Shown in pieces: positions 1-12,171 of a DNA stretch of 64,000 nucleotides (its first letter is position 1; each line of letters begins with the position of its first letter). This DNA comes from Rhina ancylostomus (taxonomy: Eukaryota): NCBI GenBank assembly GCA_030265395.1, contig JARFYF010000001.1:21534667-21598666 (forward strand), written 5' to 3'. Both the position numbers and the translations under genes were made by a program. Under the pieces are notes generated by a model. It saw only the letters and a list, made by a program, of their open reading frames with translations, was not told where the DNA came from and ran no database searches.

Positions 1-29
1 CAAAAAAAGACGCTATATATTGTGCACAA

Positions 30-1090
30 GAACACAAAAGTACAAGACAATAGGAGCAGGAGAAGGCCACCAGGCCCCTCAAGCCTGCACCGCCATTCAC
101 TATGATCATGGCTGATTTATGCTGGCCTCAACTCCTATTCTGTGCCAGTTCCACATAATTCCTTGATCCTTCAATTCCAGAGATTCACTGCCATCTGAGA
201 CACGAAATTTCAACACACTTAAATGACCAACCCCTTATTTTGTAGCAATTCCCCTTGTTCATGACTCTCTCACTACTGAAAACATCTCAACATCTACCCT
301 GTCAAGCTCCTTGGCATCTTTTATGTTCCTCTCATTCTTCTAAACCCCAAGGAATACGAACCCAAGCTGTATAATCTCTCTTCAACCTCAGGAATTAGCT
401 TGGTGTATCACCTTTCTATCTCCTTTGGAATGCCTCCATTGCTACTATATCCTTTTTCAGGTAAGGGGACAAAATCTGTGCACAGTATTCCAGGTGTGAC
501 CTCACCAACAACCAGTACAACTGTAACAAAATCTCCTTATTCTTAAACCAACATGCTGTTTGCCTTCTTCACTATGCATTGGACCGGCCAGCTAACTTCC
601 TGTGATTCATGCACTCGAACATCAAGTTCCCTCTGAACTTCCCTCATTTGCAGTCTCTCTCCATTTGGATAATATTCCACCTGTTGATTGCTTTTACTGA
701 AGTGCGTGAGCTCACACTTATCCATATTAAACTCCACTTGCTAGGTTTTTGCCCAGTCACTCAATCTTATCTATATCTCATCATGGAATCACAATATTCT
801 TATCACAACATGCACTTCCAACTATTTTTGTATCATCAGCAAACTTAGAAACCTTACATTTTATTCCCTCCTTTAGGTCATTCATGTGAGTAGTAAACAG
901 TTGAGGGCCAAGAACCGATCCCTGGGGTACCGCTCTAGTTATATCCCTCCAACTGATAAGGACCCATTTATTCCATCTCATTGTTTTCAATGTGACAACT
1001 AGTTTTCAACCCATGCTAACACATTTTTTCCAATACTTTGGGCTCTTATGTTATGCACCAGCCTCTTATTTGGCATCTTGTCAAATGCCA
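30..1090 (-). mobile_element. CR1-type LINE, degenerate 3' fragment (RT C-terminal part + 3' UTR)
   Basis: Minus-strand ORF fragments contain RT motifs VPQGSVLGPQLF and SKFADDTK (781-990) and EFNMDKCELTHF..VKKANSML (543-737). Bases 45-120 (taggagcaggagaaggccaccaggcccctcaagcctgc) are the reverse complement of a typical elasmobranch CR1 tail. Confidence 0.92.
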
Positions 1091-2221
1091 AGGGGCTGTT
1101 CTCTGTGTTAAACTCCTGTTTTTCTTCCAATTACATCTAAGAGGACTTTTATAATATATTATAAACTACTTTAACATATTGGGTGCAAAATAAATGAAAG
1201 AGACATTGATTTAGTCATAGTACTGATGTTTTTGATAGCTCCTGCAAATGCTTGAATGATCACAATCTGTCCATTTTTTCTTGAGAAAGGAACAAAAGTT
1301 GGAAAAAATAGCAGGTGAAATAATCTGCACTTTATCTAGCATTAGGCAATAATAATTGGCTACCAGGAATTAATTGTCTAGAATAAGAGAGAGCTACAAA
1401 TGGTACTATAATAACTTTTGATAAATTGTAAGATTTTGCATGAGTTTTGCTTAGCTTGTGTAATCTAACTTCTGGAATGTGCTGTGTGACAGAGATAATG
1501 TTTGAATTATGCTTTCTATAATATAAGACACAAAAGCAAGCCCCACATAGGGAAAGAAAACAGCCTAACCTCCACGGGGTTAATTCAGCTATGCATTTCT
1601 GCCTTGCCACTTGTTCCAAAAACCATATTGCAAAAATGATTCTTTCAATAAAGTTAAGGGGAAAAATCCACAACTTTGTTTTTTCTAGGTTTAATTAAAT
1701 CATATACATTTGTCAAACTGCTATCTTATTGCAAACTAAAATACATATGTGCATTGCCTATATGGTGTTCCATGACCTGTCACAAAGGTAGAAACTCTTA
1801 CAGCTAAGTAACAAATTGCCAGAGTTTTATTTGGTCTGACATTGGATGTTTGTATTTTTTATTTGGCTGTGTCCTGGAACTGAAGATGCCTCTTTCTAAG
1901 GCATGCCAAACCTGGTTAATATGCCACTTTTTATTTCCTAACTTTAATAAGGTACACCTAATGCTTGTTCTTCACAGTAAGCATGTAGCCGCTTTTTATA
2001 TGCTTCCTTTATGCTTCATCGAACCACTCCAGTGAGCAGGTTAGGCAATATTTCATAAGGTATTCTGGGATTTTGTGAACCTTTCAGGAAATAAATTGTA
2101 TTCGACAAGTTTAGTGTGAGTGAGCTGCCTGAGGAGCACTGAAGGGAAGAAAATAAATGCAGGAGATATTGGGAAACCTAGTTTGGTACTTACGTGTTTG
2201 CATTATGTTTATATGTTGTAA

Positions 2222-2272
2222 GCATGTAAGCATGCATGTTCTGTAACTTGTGTTGTATTTGCATGTTGCATG
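2222..2272 (+). promoter_or_regulatory. Cluster of RBFOX-type (T)GCATG splicing-regulatory motifs
   Basis: Five GCATG in 51 nt, three of them full TGCATG (2233, 2260, 2267), in U/G-rich context about 100 nt upstream of the candidate acceptor. Confidence 0.45.
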
Positions 2273-2374
2273 CCTACATTCTGAGTGTTGGTACCCCATA
2301 ACTTTATTGTTATTTATTGTTCTGTTAGTAAACAACTTAATTGACCCTTTCCATTTTTCCTACCAATACCACAG

Positions 2375-2458
2375 TTACATAATCTTCTGGGACTTTTCCT
2401 GCGCACATTTAAACCATCAATCTGATTTCAAGTATCCCAGGAGCACATCTGACCTAAC
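2375..2458 (+). CDS. Candidate 84-nt cassette exon of an unidentified + strand host gene
   Basis: Branch-like cttaat/ttgac, polypyrimidine cctttccatttttcct, acceptor ccacAG at 2373-74 and donor AAC|GTAAGG at 2459. Length is divisible by 3 with one open frame (phase 2: YIIFWDFSCAHLNHQSDFKYPRSTSDL). Peptide not recognised. Confidence 0.4.
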
Positions 2459-5304
2459 GTAAGGGGGGTCTGTCTCTTGGGGGTTGATGTAAATGCCTGC
2501 ATTCATACAAGGTTGTGATTCTCAATTTGTTTTCCGCAACTGTTACCTGGAATTTTATTGTTTGCATTCTACAAACCCACAGAAGGGTATGTGACTCACA
2601 AGAATAATGTCGATTTAATTCTTATTCACAAAAGATTCTCTCCTCAGCCCCTAGAGAAGAAGGTATTGCCAGCTATCAGTTATATTGTTGAAAATGAAGA
2701 AACACACAGATAATAGATGGAAGGTTTTATAAAACTTGCAATTAAGTCATTTATTGCAGCTGGTATTCTTCCTCCCCCCTTCTTTGATAGTGTTTGGATT
2801 CCTAAAGATGACAGCAACCTATCACCTCACCCAGGTCTCTTTTCCACGTAAGGATTCAGATATTAAGTGTTGACAGCGGATTCACAGCATGGCATTACCT
2901 GACATTTCTACACCAGGCTTGGATGAATTATTTTAAGTAGAGTTGATATCAGCAAATTTTATCTATGTAAATGGAAGAAAAGACAAAGGATAAATCAATT
3001 AATTAAAAAAAACTCAAGTAACAAGCAAAATTATATTAAATGGGTGCTTTTGTACATTCCAGTTCTTGGTTAAACTTACCCAAACAAGCAGTAGTACCTG
3101 CTAATTGAAGAAAGATTATTTATCTTCAGAGTGTTTAATGGGCTATTTTCATAGTCCATTATTTTTGGTCTTGGATTGAATAATTTGGTAATCTGTCTTC
3201 TGATTCTCTCTGAGGGGGAGGGGAAGGGGAGGCATCGCTCTCAGCTCTAGAGCTGTCAGTTGGAAAACAATCCCTAATTTTAGCAAACACACTGTTTGCT
3301 TATATCCACATAATGTAACTTGCACGCCTAGGATATGCAGCAAATGGGAAAGCATGCATGGATTTCACAGGTAACAGGATTACGTGAGCATATAATTGAT
3401 CCATGTGGGAAAAAAAAGACAGAGCTCCAAATGTGTCTATGCTTTGAAAATGAAGTTTATGAAATGGACAATCATATATTTGAAGCAATCAATATGTCAA
3501 TTCCAACAGGTCACAGTGCCAGCTATTTTGTAAAGAGTGTGTACACACTTGCAATCTTTTTCTCTGCCTGAGCCCAGTTCACAGATGGGATCCCATGGTA
3601 TTGATAGGAATAAAATCACAAAACATTTGGAAGACTTGGCAAAAGGGTACGTTTGGGGTTGAAGGTAAGGAGGAGTGGGAGTAACACTGATGGTGGTTAA
3701 TCCCTCTAGCATATCTTTGGCCAATTTACACTTGTTGGTAACTAATCAAACATATGTTCAGGAAGTATTAGTAACCACTGAGATCAATGGCTATTTCTAA
3801 CATTTTATTATTTCTATGGGGTGAGTGTGTGGTGTTGTGGGGGTTTGCGAAAGGCAAACAGAAATCCTGCCATCTCAGTTACTCACCCAACAGGACAAAT
3901 AATGTATGTTCAAATGCAACAAGTATTAGTTCAGCCATGAACGCTCCAGATTAGGGTGCAAAACTAACTGGACTTTGAGTACCAAAAGTATCAAACCACC
4001 CATTTGAAGCAAACAAGTACAGAATGTGCATTAGAGTTAGCACTGCAATCACATACAAAACTGTCAAAGTTTAAAAGTCCCTAGAGCTCCTTTTTGCTTT
4101 CTCATCTGGCTATGCGTGTCAATGAAAGGAAAGGGTCCATTGCCCTGTATTCTTAAGAGCTCTGGAAGCTTGTCCATAATGATGAAAAGAGGCTTAAATC
4201 TGTAGTGTATAGGTCGGTGAAAAGGAACAAGATTTAACGGAATTTAATATTGCATCCTATTTCACCATAAACAATAAAGCAAAAATTAACATTAACTACA
4301 CAATATTGCCAAAGAGAGAGCCAGCTGTTAATTAAGCACCCCACACACTGCTTTTTACACTGTTGTCCCTGCTACTCTTTTATGTCTGCATGCTATGCAT
4401 AATATAAGTACTGGGCTGCAAAACAGCTTACTTCTGGGGCAAAACTATACATTAACCATCTAGTGAAGAAACTGCTTTGCAGAGCGTCACAATATTATGA
4501 CCTACTGCTGCGCTATGATGTGTAAAATCTGTTTCAATTTCTGCTGTTCTGACAATTTCACTTAATAAACCTCAAAAATGGTGAAGCCTTTTACTTGTTC
4601 AAATAAACTTTAATATTCTGAAAAAAAATAATTCCCATTCCATTCAGAAGCATAGTGTTCTGGTAACTGATATATCATGACTTTCTAAAGGACCCATGCT
4701 GTGCAGATTTTCTGTCTTGCAAGCTCGACTTTTCTACATGCACATGCAGGCCAATTTGTAGAGATCAAAAATGGTTAGAGGCATATGAATTGCTATTCTT
4801 TTCAGAGCATTATTCTTTTTGAGATATGTTAGGATGCAATATAACTTTTTGAATCTCTACAGAATCTCTGCTTTTGCTTCTGTCACCATTTTGTGCCTCT
4901 GCTAATTAGCCAGTGCTTACCAATTTTGTGCTGCAGCTCCTGTCTGAAAATTAACATATTTTTATTGACAGCTTTCTTTAAAGTATATCATTTTAATTAA
5001 AGAGTTGTACATTTCCTGATATTCCTTGCTCTGTCCTTATGGTTGATTCACAGTCAACAAATTGGAACTTCAGAAACCACATGTATTTATTTTACCAGTT
5101 TTCAAAGGTGACTGGAAACACTTATAAGTTGACCTCTGATTGAACGGAGAGCATTGAAGAAAGCTTCCTTTTCTTGGTTAAACAGTCTAACCCGTTTCCT
5201 GAAGCATTCAGGAGCAAATTGTACCTGTGCCACTTTACAAAATCTATTTAAATTACAGGTCCAAGAATAAAAATTGGTCTCATCATTACATCATAAATGG
5301 GTGT

Positions 5305-5424
5305 TAAGGTTTCTGCAATGGACAATCTCTAAACTATAGTATAAGGTTTCTGCAATGGACAATCTCTAAACTATAGTATTTCTAAACTATGGCATCTAAA
5401 CTAACGATTTCTAAACTATAGCAT
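5305..5424. repeat. Perfect 37-bp tandem duplication plus three short tctaaacta sub-repeats
   Basis: taaggtttctgcaatggacaatctctaaactatagta occurs at 5305-5341 and 5342-5378. tctaaacta recurs at 5381, 5395 and 5410. Confidence 0.95.
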
Positions 5425-7934
5425 TTGATTTTTCAAGAGCTTTAAATGAAAGAAATCTTCAACAGTACATGCAATGTCACAACATTCAAAGGAACCATAT
5501 CCACAAATGCCTCCACCACACGTGTCATTGTGCAAGTCAGACATAATATTTTTACTCAGGAGCTACAGGTTCTCATAAAGAAGTGAGCAAATGCAATACA
5601 AAAACTGCTATTTAAATCACAGCTAGCAAACTGGAGGGGTGTCACCTTACCAAACTTAAAGAAAAGATCAAGGAATAGGTAGGGCAGAGTTAATATCTAT
5701 TGGGAACAGAAGTAAAAGAAAATTAAAAATGCATATCATTTGGCTGTCACGTGCTGATCTCTCTTTTCCCTTTTCTCTCTCTCTCTCTTCACAGTGACAT
5801 CTGCTATCAGGCTAAGCAGGTGTTCCTGTGTAAACGAACGTGGCCTGTTTGTGTTTCACTGTACTTGCTACTGCACAGTCAAATGAGCAGTGTGATTAAG
5901 AATCCTGTAAATTTTTGAAAAGGGACGGATGGCTGCCCTACTAGAACCTAATTACAAAGCTCGAACATCCGCGGCTCGGTGCTATCACTGCAGTGGCGAA
6001 CAGCAGAAATTAATAATATATAATGGCATCATTCTTGCAATTTATAAATGAAGTAGAGTGGGGGAGGATTCTGCTGATGTGCCGTTTCGTGTTAATTTTG
6101 CAAGATTGAATAGAAATTGGAATTTTAGTGAGGTGAAACCTCGCTGACATGCTCCTGCAAGTTGTGAACATGGGATTAACACTGCATCCTAAATGTAATG
6201 TCCCTATAATTTGATCCATGGTGTTTTAATCTACCAAGTTCAAAGCATCCAGGGTGTTGTGGTTATACCTGGGTTGAAGTCCACAGTGGGATGGCTAAAT
6301 AGGTGTGTCTCCTCCTAAGGAAGCGTCCTTGCAATAGGCTTCTGTGATTATCATTGCTAACAGTTATGTTAAATGAGTTCAACATAGTTGAGTTGAGCTG
6401 GCTATGAGGAATATGGTTTCTCTAAGCCTCCATAAGACACGCCTGCCTTCTGCAAGGTACAAATAACCAGGGTAGATAGTCCAGCTCTATTGAATCAGGG
6501 GGGTAAAAACATCACCGAAGGTTCTCCTATCATTGATAAGAATTGGGAACCTAGTCATTTCTAATTTTTATTTCCTTTCATAATTTTAAATATACTTATA
6601 TCACATGAATAACTCTAAAACACAGGAAAGATGAATTATGATTATTCATTTCATAAGTACTGCAGTGGTATGTGTCCTTTGAATGAATAAATCTCTGCAA
6701 TTTTACTCATTAACAAAAGCAAAGACTGTTTAAAATGCTTTGAAGATCTGAGCCATCCAGATGTTGTGAACTGTACAAACGTAGGAGATGATCTCAAACT
6801 GCTGATTATGTAACTGCAGTGCACCTCACCCAGGGCTGTCTTATTATAAATGAGGATGTTGTTCAATTACAGTTTTTTTTAACTTCAAATTGCAGTCCTA
6901 CAAAGTCACCAAACATCAAAACCCATAGCCTGTCATAGACCTTTTACATGGCAATGCCACTTGTTTTTGCTGTGACTTATTCCAGTTGTATCCTGTAACT
7001 GGGAAAGGGGGAGATACACACTCACCTCAAACTGTCCTATGCATGTCAGTTTATTGCATAGTCTGTACAACTCTTTCACAATAATTGGTAACATGGCTTG
7101 ACAAGAAATTGAAACAAATAACCAGGCCAGTTCTTTGAGGTAATTTTGTATACTAAATATGATTGTTGTCAGCAAAATGAATGTTCAGGCAGAAGGATTA
7201 AGAATCACAGATCAAGGGCAAATTCATAAGACTTGTGACCAGCATAAATTCTTGATAAAATAGCATACTTACGAACATGTGACTTTGAAATGTACACCCA
7301 CTAGTGGTGAGTATCATGACCTTTGTTAATGCCACATATTAGAGGATGCTCATGCTGCAGTGTACACATATGTTGTGGTAAAACTCTTTTGTCTTTTTCT
7401 GAAACTTGGTTATTGTGAATTCATGATTAATTTCCTTTAGAAGTTTGGAGTGAGATAAATGCATAATCCAGTTGGAGATTGCAGCAGATGTTGAGCCTGT
7501 ATCCTGTCACACCATGTCTGTGTTTCGCAATACAACATCATGCTCATTGTTGCCTTTCTCCCTCCACACCCAACCCTTGACCCTTGACCTGCCATCTTGA
7601 ATTTAATTGCACCATTAGAGTTGAAAATGAAAGATCATTCAAACTGAAATGAAAGTATGAAATAAATCTTAAAAATGGTCACATTAGGTATCAATTTGCT
7701 AGACATACAGATAAGAGTGAGTAAACTTTGTGGTCTGAATAGTAACTTCACAGTTAAAAGCAGCCTCCTTTGCCACTTTGGTGAAATATTCACTATCTGG
7801 GCTATTGACTTGAGAGGTACAAATTGATGTCACCAACGATGGGCGCGAAGCATTAAGGGATCATAAGTTTTAGCTTACTTTTGAATGAAGTCTGTTTATA
7901 GTCTCATTTATATTGCTAACAAAAGAAGTAAGAT

Positions 7935-8210
7935 TTTACATTTATCTCACACTTTCCATAACTCTGGGATAGCCTCAATTTCTTCATTACCAAAGAAATA
8001 GCTATTCCAGTGCATAGAAATGCAACAGCCAATTTGTGCACAGCAAGACACTACAGATAGCATTGGGTAAGTGATCAAATAATCTAGTTTTAAACAATAT
8101 TGGTGAGAGCCAAGGCAATTAGATAACTTCCCTGCACGAATTTTAAGAGCTTGGTTTCTCACTTCCAAATGAGAGGGACATTTATTGTCTGACCTGAAAG
8201 GCTCATCATG
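7935..8210 (-). mobile_element. Deu-domain (SacSINE1/AmnSINE-like) SINE relic
   Basis: gaaatgcaacagccaatttgtgcacagcaaga is the reverse complement of the Deu core (gctgtgcgcaaattggctgccgcgtttcc). It matches the copies at 9.0, 18.6, 28.7 and 37.3 kb. Confidence 0.75.
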
Positions 8211-8239
8211 TGTGGATTTGCATGGAATTGATAGACCAA

Positions 8240-8480
8240 TGAGTCGATCAACTGTCCAGACTACAGAACCAAGTTTGATTCCTAATCTGTATTGGTTAGT
8301 TGATCTCAGCCGTGTGACAACAGTGGGTACTGCAGCTCATCATTTCTGTAGAATTTACCAATGGGAAATATAGTGCAGGGATCCAGTTATCTGGATAGTT
8401 TTTGACTAATCCCTGTTGAAATTGTGCCTCTGTGGACACAACGAGGGTGGAGATGATAGCTTTGTGGGGATTGGGGTGAA
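8240..8480 (+). mobile_element. Ancient tRNA-derived SINE relic (unnamed elasmobranch family)
   Basis: B-box-like agtttgattcc followed by tggttagttgatctcagccgtg. Resembles the relics at 22.2, 23.8, 40.7 and 53.7 kb. Confidence 0.4.
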
Positions 8481-8974
8481 AGGGATGGGAGCTTAATGCC
8501 TGGATTAATGATGATAACCATATTCCTTCAGTAGAAGAGGGGACTGCTGAGTAAAGATGAGAACATCTCTTAATTTCCCCCTCCACAAAAGAGAGATGCT
8601 AACAATACAATAGGAAAGAATTGTGAAAATTATGATGGTCCATATGTCATCATTTAAGGCTGTGTACTTTTTCAATTATAGAAACCGTATAATTGAATTT
8701 AAAGGAGCAAGGTCAATCTTTTAACTTGTACAGCAGCATTGTTTGTCTTGTTTATGTTTGATGGAAGACGTTGTGGTGCCTTTCACTGAACTTCTTATTC
8801 AGTGTAGTGTTACAAACTTATATTTAGTTTACTGAAATACTTGTTAGGCATTCCAACAAAGGGGGTACACCATTGTCACTGTGTGGCAGCCCAAAAGTCA
8901 CACCCTTGTCAGGAGCCTTCACATCTTATATCAGACATTTGTAATTCAGTTCCCACTATTCTAGGGTCTCATGT

Positions 8975-9295
8975 GATACCGAGGGAATGCTACGTTGCTG
9001 AAGGTGCTACCTTTCAGTTGTTACACCAAACTTCTGTCCATTCTTTTGAGTGGAAATAAAAGATCTCATGATGTTATGTCAAAATAAGAACGGAGAATAT
9101 CTCCCCGGTGTTTTCAACTACACCATTAACTGACATCATGAAGACAAATGATCACTTTGCTTTCCATGGGAAATTGCTGTGTGCAAATTGGCTGACGCAT
9201 TTCCTATATTATGACAGTATAAAAGTATTTCATGGGCTTTGGGATATACAGAAAATGGGGAAGATGCTACAGAAATGTATGCCATTTATTCTTTA
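8975..9295 (+). mobile_element. Deu-domain SINE relic
   Basis: Core ttgctgtgtgcaaattggctgacgcatttcc at about 9174-9204, followed by an L2-like tail (gggctttgggata..gatgctacagaaatg). Confidence 0.8.
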
Positions 9296-10039
9296 CTATT
9301 ATAATTGGCAAAGTGGTCTGCTCTAGGTACTGTGCCTATCCGAAGCATCCCTCGAGTGTGGTGTTGCTGTCTCTTTTTTTTAAATGTAGCTTTGTAAAGG
9401 ATGTGTCTTTTTCTGATGATAACAGTGTAAAAATAACATGGATGTGACAAACGATTTTTACAGATATTTGCAAAGAAAGTTACAGTTCATATGCCTGCAG
9501 GGCTGAGCAGATAGTATTTCCTGGAGTTGGTGGGGGTTGGAGACACATGTCAGAATGTCCATGAATAGATTGAGTTGTTCCAGTTTAGAAAACATTGTCA
9601 CAATAGCCAGCCATGTATGGTTTGAGTAATCTTCCTTGCAGCATTTCTACACACTCTTGAAAATGGGCATTGCTCACTCTGCTACAGGTATGACTTCCAG
9701 TACTGAGGGCATATACTGCTGTACCATGGTCAAAGCCCGCACCATGAAGGACGCTGACATCTCCACTGTGGGTGTCATCTCTGTTTCTCAGCTGATCAGT
9801 GTGAACCACTATGCAGAGTAGATCTTGCCTGAGGAACCCAAGTGAAATGTTGGAGAGAGAAGTATTTTTAGATGAGATTTACATAGACTTTCAGAATTTT
9901 ATGTTGGCCTCCAAAAGTAACTGTCAACTCGAGTTGAAGCTCCTGGAAATCTTTGATATGATTTGAAAATGATCTGACTGCCAGGAAATGGAGAGTGGGG
10001 ATAATGGGTAGATACTAAAATTGGCAGATACCAATCTTG

Positions 10040-10465
10040 AGTAGAGAATCAAGGACTCAGGGCATTGTTTCAAAACTAGAGCCAGATTTCTCAGGCATGA
10101 AGAAACACTTCAATGTGCAAAGAGTGGTAGAATGGTGAGGCTTTCTCACACAAATGACAATTAATGCTTGGTCAATCTTTAATTTAAAATTGAAATGAAT
10201 AAATTTTGTATGAGCCAAAGATATTACGAGGTATGGAGAACATGGAGAAAGGGCCATGGCCTCACTGAATGGAATAATAAACACACGGACAGGTCCATGG
10301 ATAGGAGAAGTTTGGAAGGTTATGGGGCAAATGCTGGCAAATAGGTCTAGTTTGGATGGGCATATTGGTCGGCATGGACCAGCTGGGATGAAGGACCTGT
10401 TTCTGTGCTGTAAGACTTGATGACTCTAAACTCAATAGGTGAAGTGGCCTACTCCTGTTCCTATT
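10040..10465 (+). mobile_element. Old CR1 3' end interrupted by a younger CR1 3' end (about 10283-10428)
   Basis: The old tail gccatggcctcactgaatgg...tggcctactcctgttcctatt is split by gacaggtccatggatagg..ggtcggcatggaccagctgggatgaaggacctgtttctgtgctgta..gactcta. Confidence 0.8.
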
Positions 10466-10857
10466 CTTTCTTCATTCCAACATGGGTGCTGTCTGCTCCA
10501 TGAGGGGGGCTATTTACACCAATAAAGACAAGGCCTACTTCAAGCAAAGCAGGGTTTGGATTAGGTTGGGTACTATCTGCTCTACCGTAGGCACTGTCTA
10601 TCCATCAATGATATTGGCTACTTTATCATAAACACCACCTGCTATAATTCTACTCTTCATACATCTTCTGAATAATGGAAAGAGCTTTTTAGTGAGAAAG
10701 GAGTAGAACAATGCTAAATAAGTGTTCCACCCACCAGATATTACTATCCAACACTCAGAGTAGTGGTCAACATTGCTGATTATCATAAATGGCATCCAAT
10801 ACTATTTAATATTAAACCTTGAGAATCATCAAATTTGAAATAATGTCACTCCAAACA

Positions 10858-11131
10858 AAATAAGATTTCTTTATTAGTCACACGTACATTGAAATGCTCA
10901 GTGAAATGCATCTTTGTGTGGAATGTTCTGGGGGCAGCCTGCAAGTGTCGCCACGTTTCCGGCGCCAACATAGCATGCCCACAACTTCCTAACCTGTACA
11001 CCTTTGGAATGTGGGAGGGAACCGGAGCACCCGGAGGAAACCCACGCAGTCATGAGGAGAACGTGGCCGGAACTGAACCCCGGTTGCTGGCGCTGTGATA
11101 GTGTTACGCTAACTGCTACACTGCCGTGCCC
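10858..11131 (-). mobile_element. V-domain (HE1-like) tRNA SINE, near full length
   Basis: V-domain tgtgggagggaaccggagcacccggaggaaacccacgcagtca (shown on +). The minus-strand head ggcacggcagtgtagcagttagcg..GGTTCAGTTCC carries A and B boxes. The tail ends gtgactaataaagaaatctta. CpGs are retained, so the copy is relatively young. Confidence 0.92.
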
Positions 11132-11210
11132 AAATGAAATATAGTGCAATCTCCAACAAATTCCAATGCTTGATACTCAATAGGCTGCAACCAAATCAGA
11201 ATAACTCAGA

Positions 11211-11366
11211 ATTAAACACAAATGTTGCTGGGAACACTCAGCATATCAGGCAACACCTGTGGAAAGAGAAGCATAATTAGCTTTTCCAGTCAAAGACCCT
11301 AGTGTTTCCAGCATTTTCAGTTTTTATTTCAGATCTCCAGCATCTGCAGTTATTTAAATTTCATTT
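11211..11366. mobile_element. Penelope-derived short inverted-repeat element
   Basis: gctgggaacactcagcatatcaggcaacacctgtgg...tttccagcattttcagtttttatttcagatctccagcatctgcag, flanked by agaataactcaga (11198-11210) and agaatagcacaga (11367-11379). Confidence 0.7.
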
Positions 11367-12023
11367 AGAATAGCACAGAGATAATTTTAATAAATGCCTA
11401 CTGATGCACATTTTATTGCCTTGCAAATCTTTTTAAGGCTTCAGTGAATCTGTGGAGATTCAGAAAGATGTCCAAAAAAAACAAAAGCAGATTTCCTTTT
11501 ATTCAGCGTACAAAATGTAAAATCACTTGGGTGGATTTTGTCCATGTGCTTTGCATGAGGCAGTGAAAACGGAGGGTGACACTTTGTTGGACTTCATTGC
11601 ACAAGTTATGGTCTTATAATTCAAAAGAGATGCAGATGAAAAGATGCATCTCCCAAATAAGATGCCTTCCACTCCAGACTCCAGGTGGTCTTTGTTACGT
11701 CATTACATGGAATTCCAGATGTGAATGGTTTTGAGGTGCACCAGATCCTTCCCTTTTAAACTGAAAAGTTCAGAGTGACTGAGTTTACTTACAACATCGT
11801 AATCAGGCTACACTTAAACAGGTATCAAGAGAGTGAGCAGTTAGTGCGGGATCATAAAGTGTTGCCTCATGGTCAACAATAATTTTTCTTCTCTTCTGCT
11901 TTTCTCAGTCTATATGTGTGGCTTACAACTTACACCAGTGATATGGGTCACATCCTTCCATAGTTTTGGTAGTTCTTAGAGTCAGAACTTCTTGGGAGCT
12001 GAACCAAGAGTTCTTTTAAGGAA

Positions 12024-12171
12024 GACACAAGAGACTGCAGGTGCTGGAACCTGGAGTGACAAACAATGTGCTGGAGGAACTCAACAGGTCATGCAGCATC
12101 TGTGGGAGGAAAGAAAATGTCGACATTGCGAGTCAAAACCCTGCATCAGTCCTCCAGCAAATTGTTTGTTA
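12024..12171 (-). mobile_element. Penelope-derived short element with decayed hammerhead core
   Basis: gacacaagagactgcaggtgctggaa..tgctggaggaactcaacaggtc. The minus strand reads CTGATGC-agggttttgactc-GCAATGTC-gac. Flanks are ttcttttaaggaa (12011-23) and ttctgtcaaggaa (12172-84). Confidence 0.75.

Noticed and set aside
3585-3670. Apparent exon MGSHGIDRNKITKHLEDLAKG with GTAAGG donor
   Set aside because: Looks like a decayed CR1 RT segment (HGI.G..WIEDWL) and has an in-frame stop before that donor.
11060-11131. tRNA gene
   Set aside because: The A and B boxes belong to a SINE head and there is no cloverleaf.
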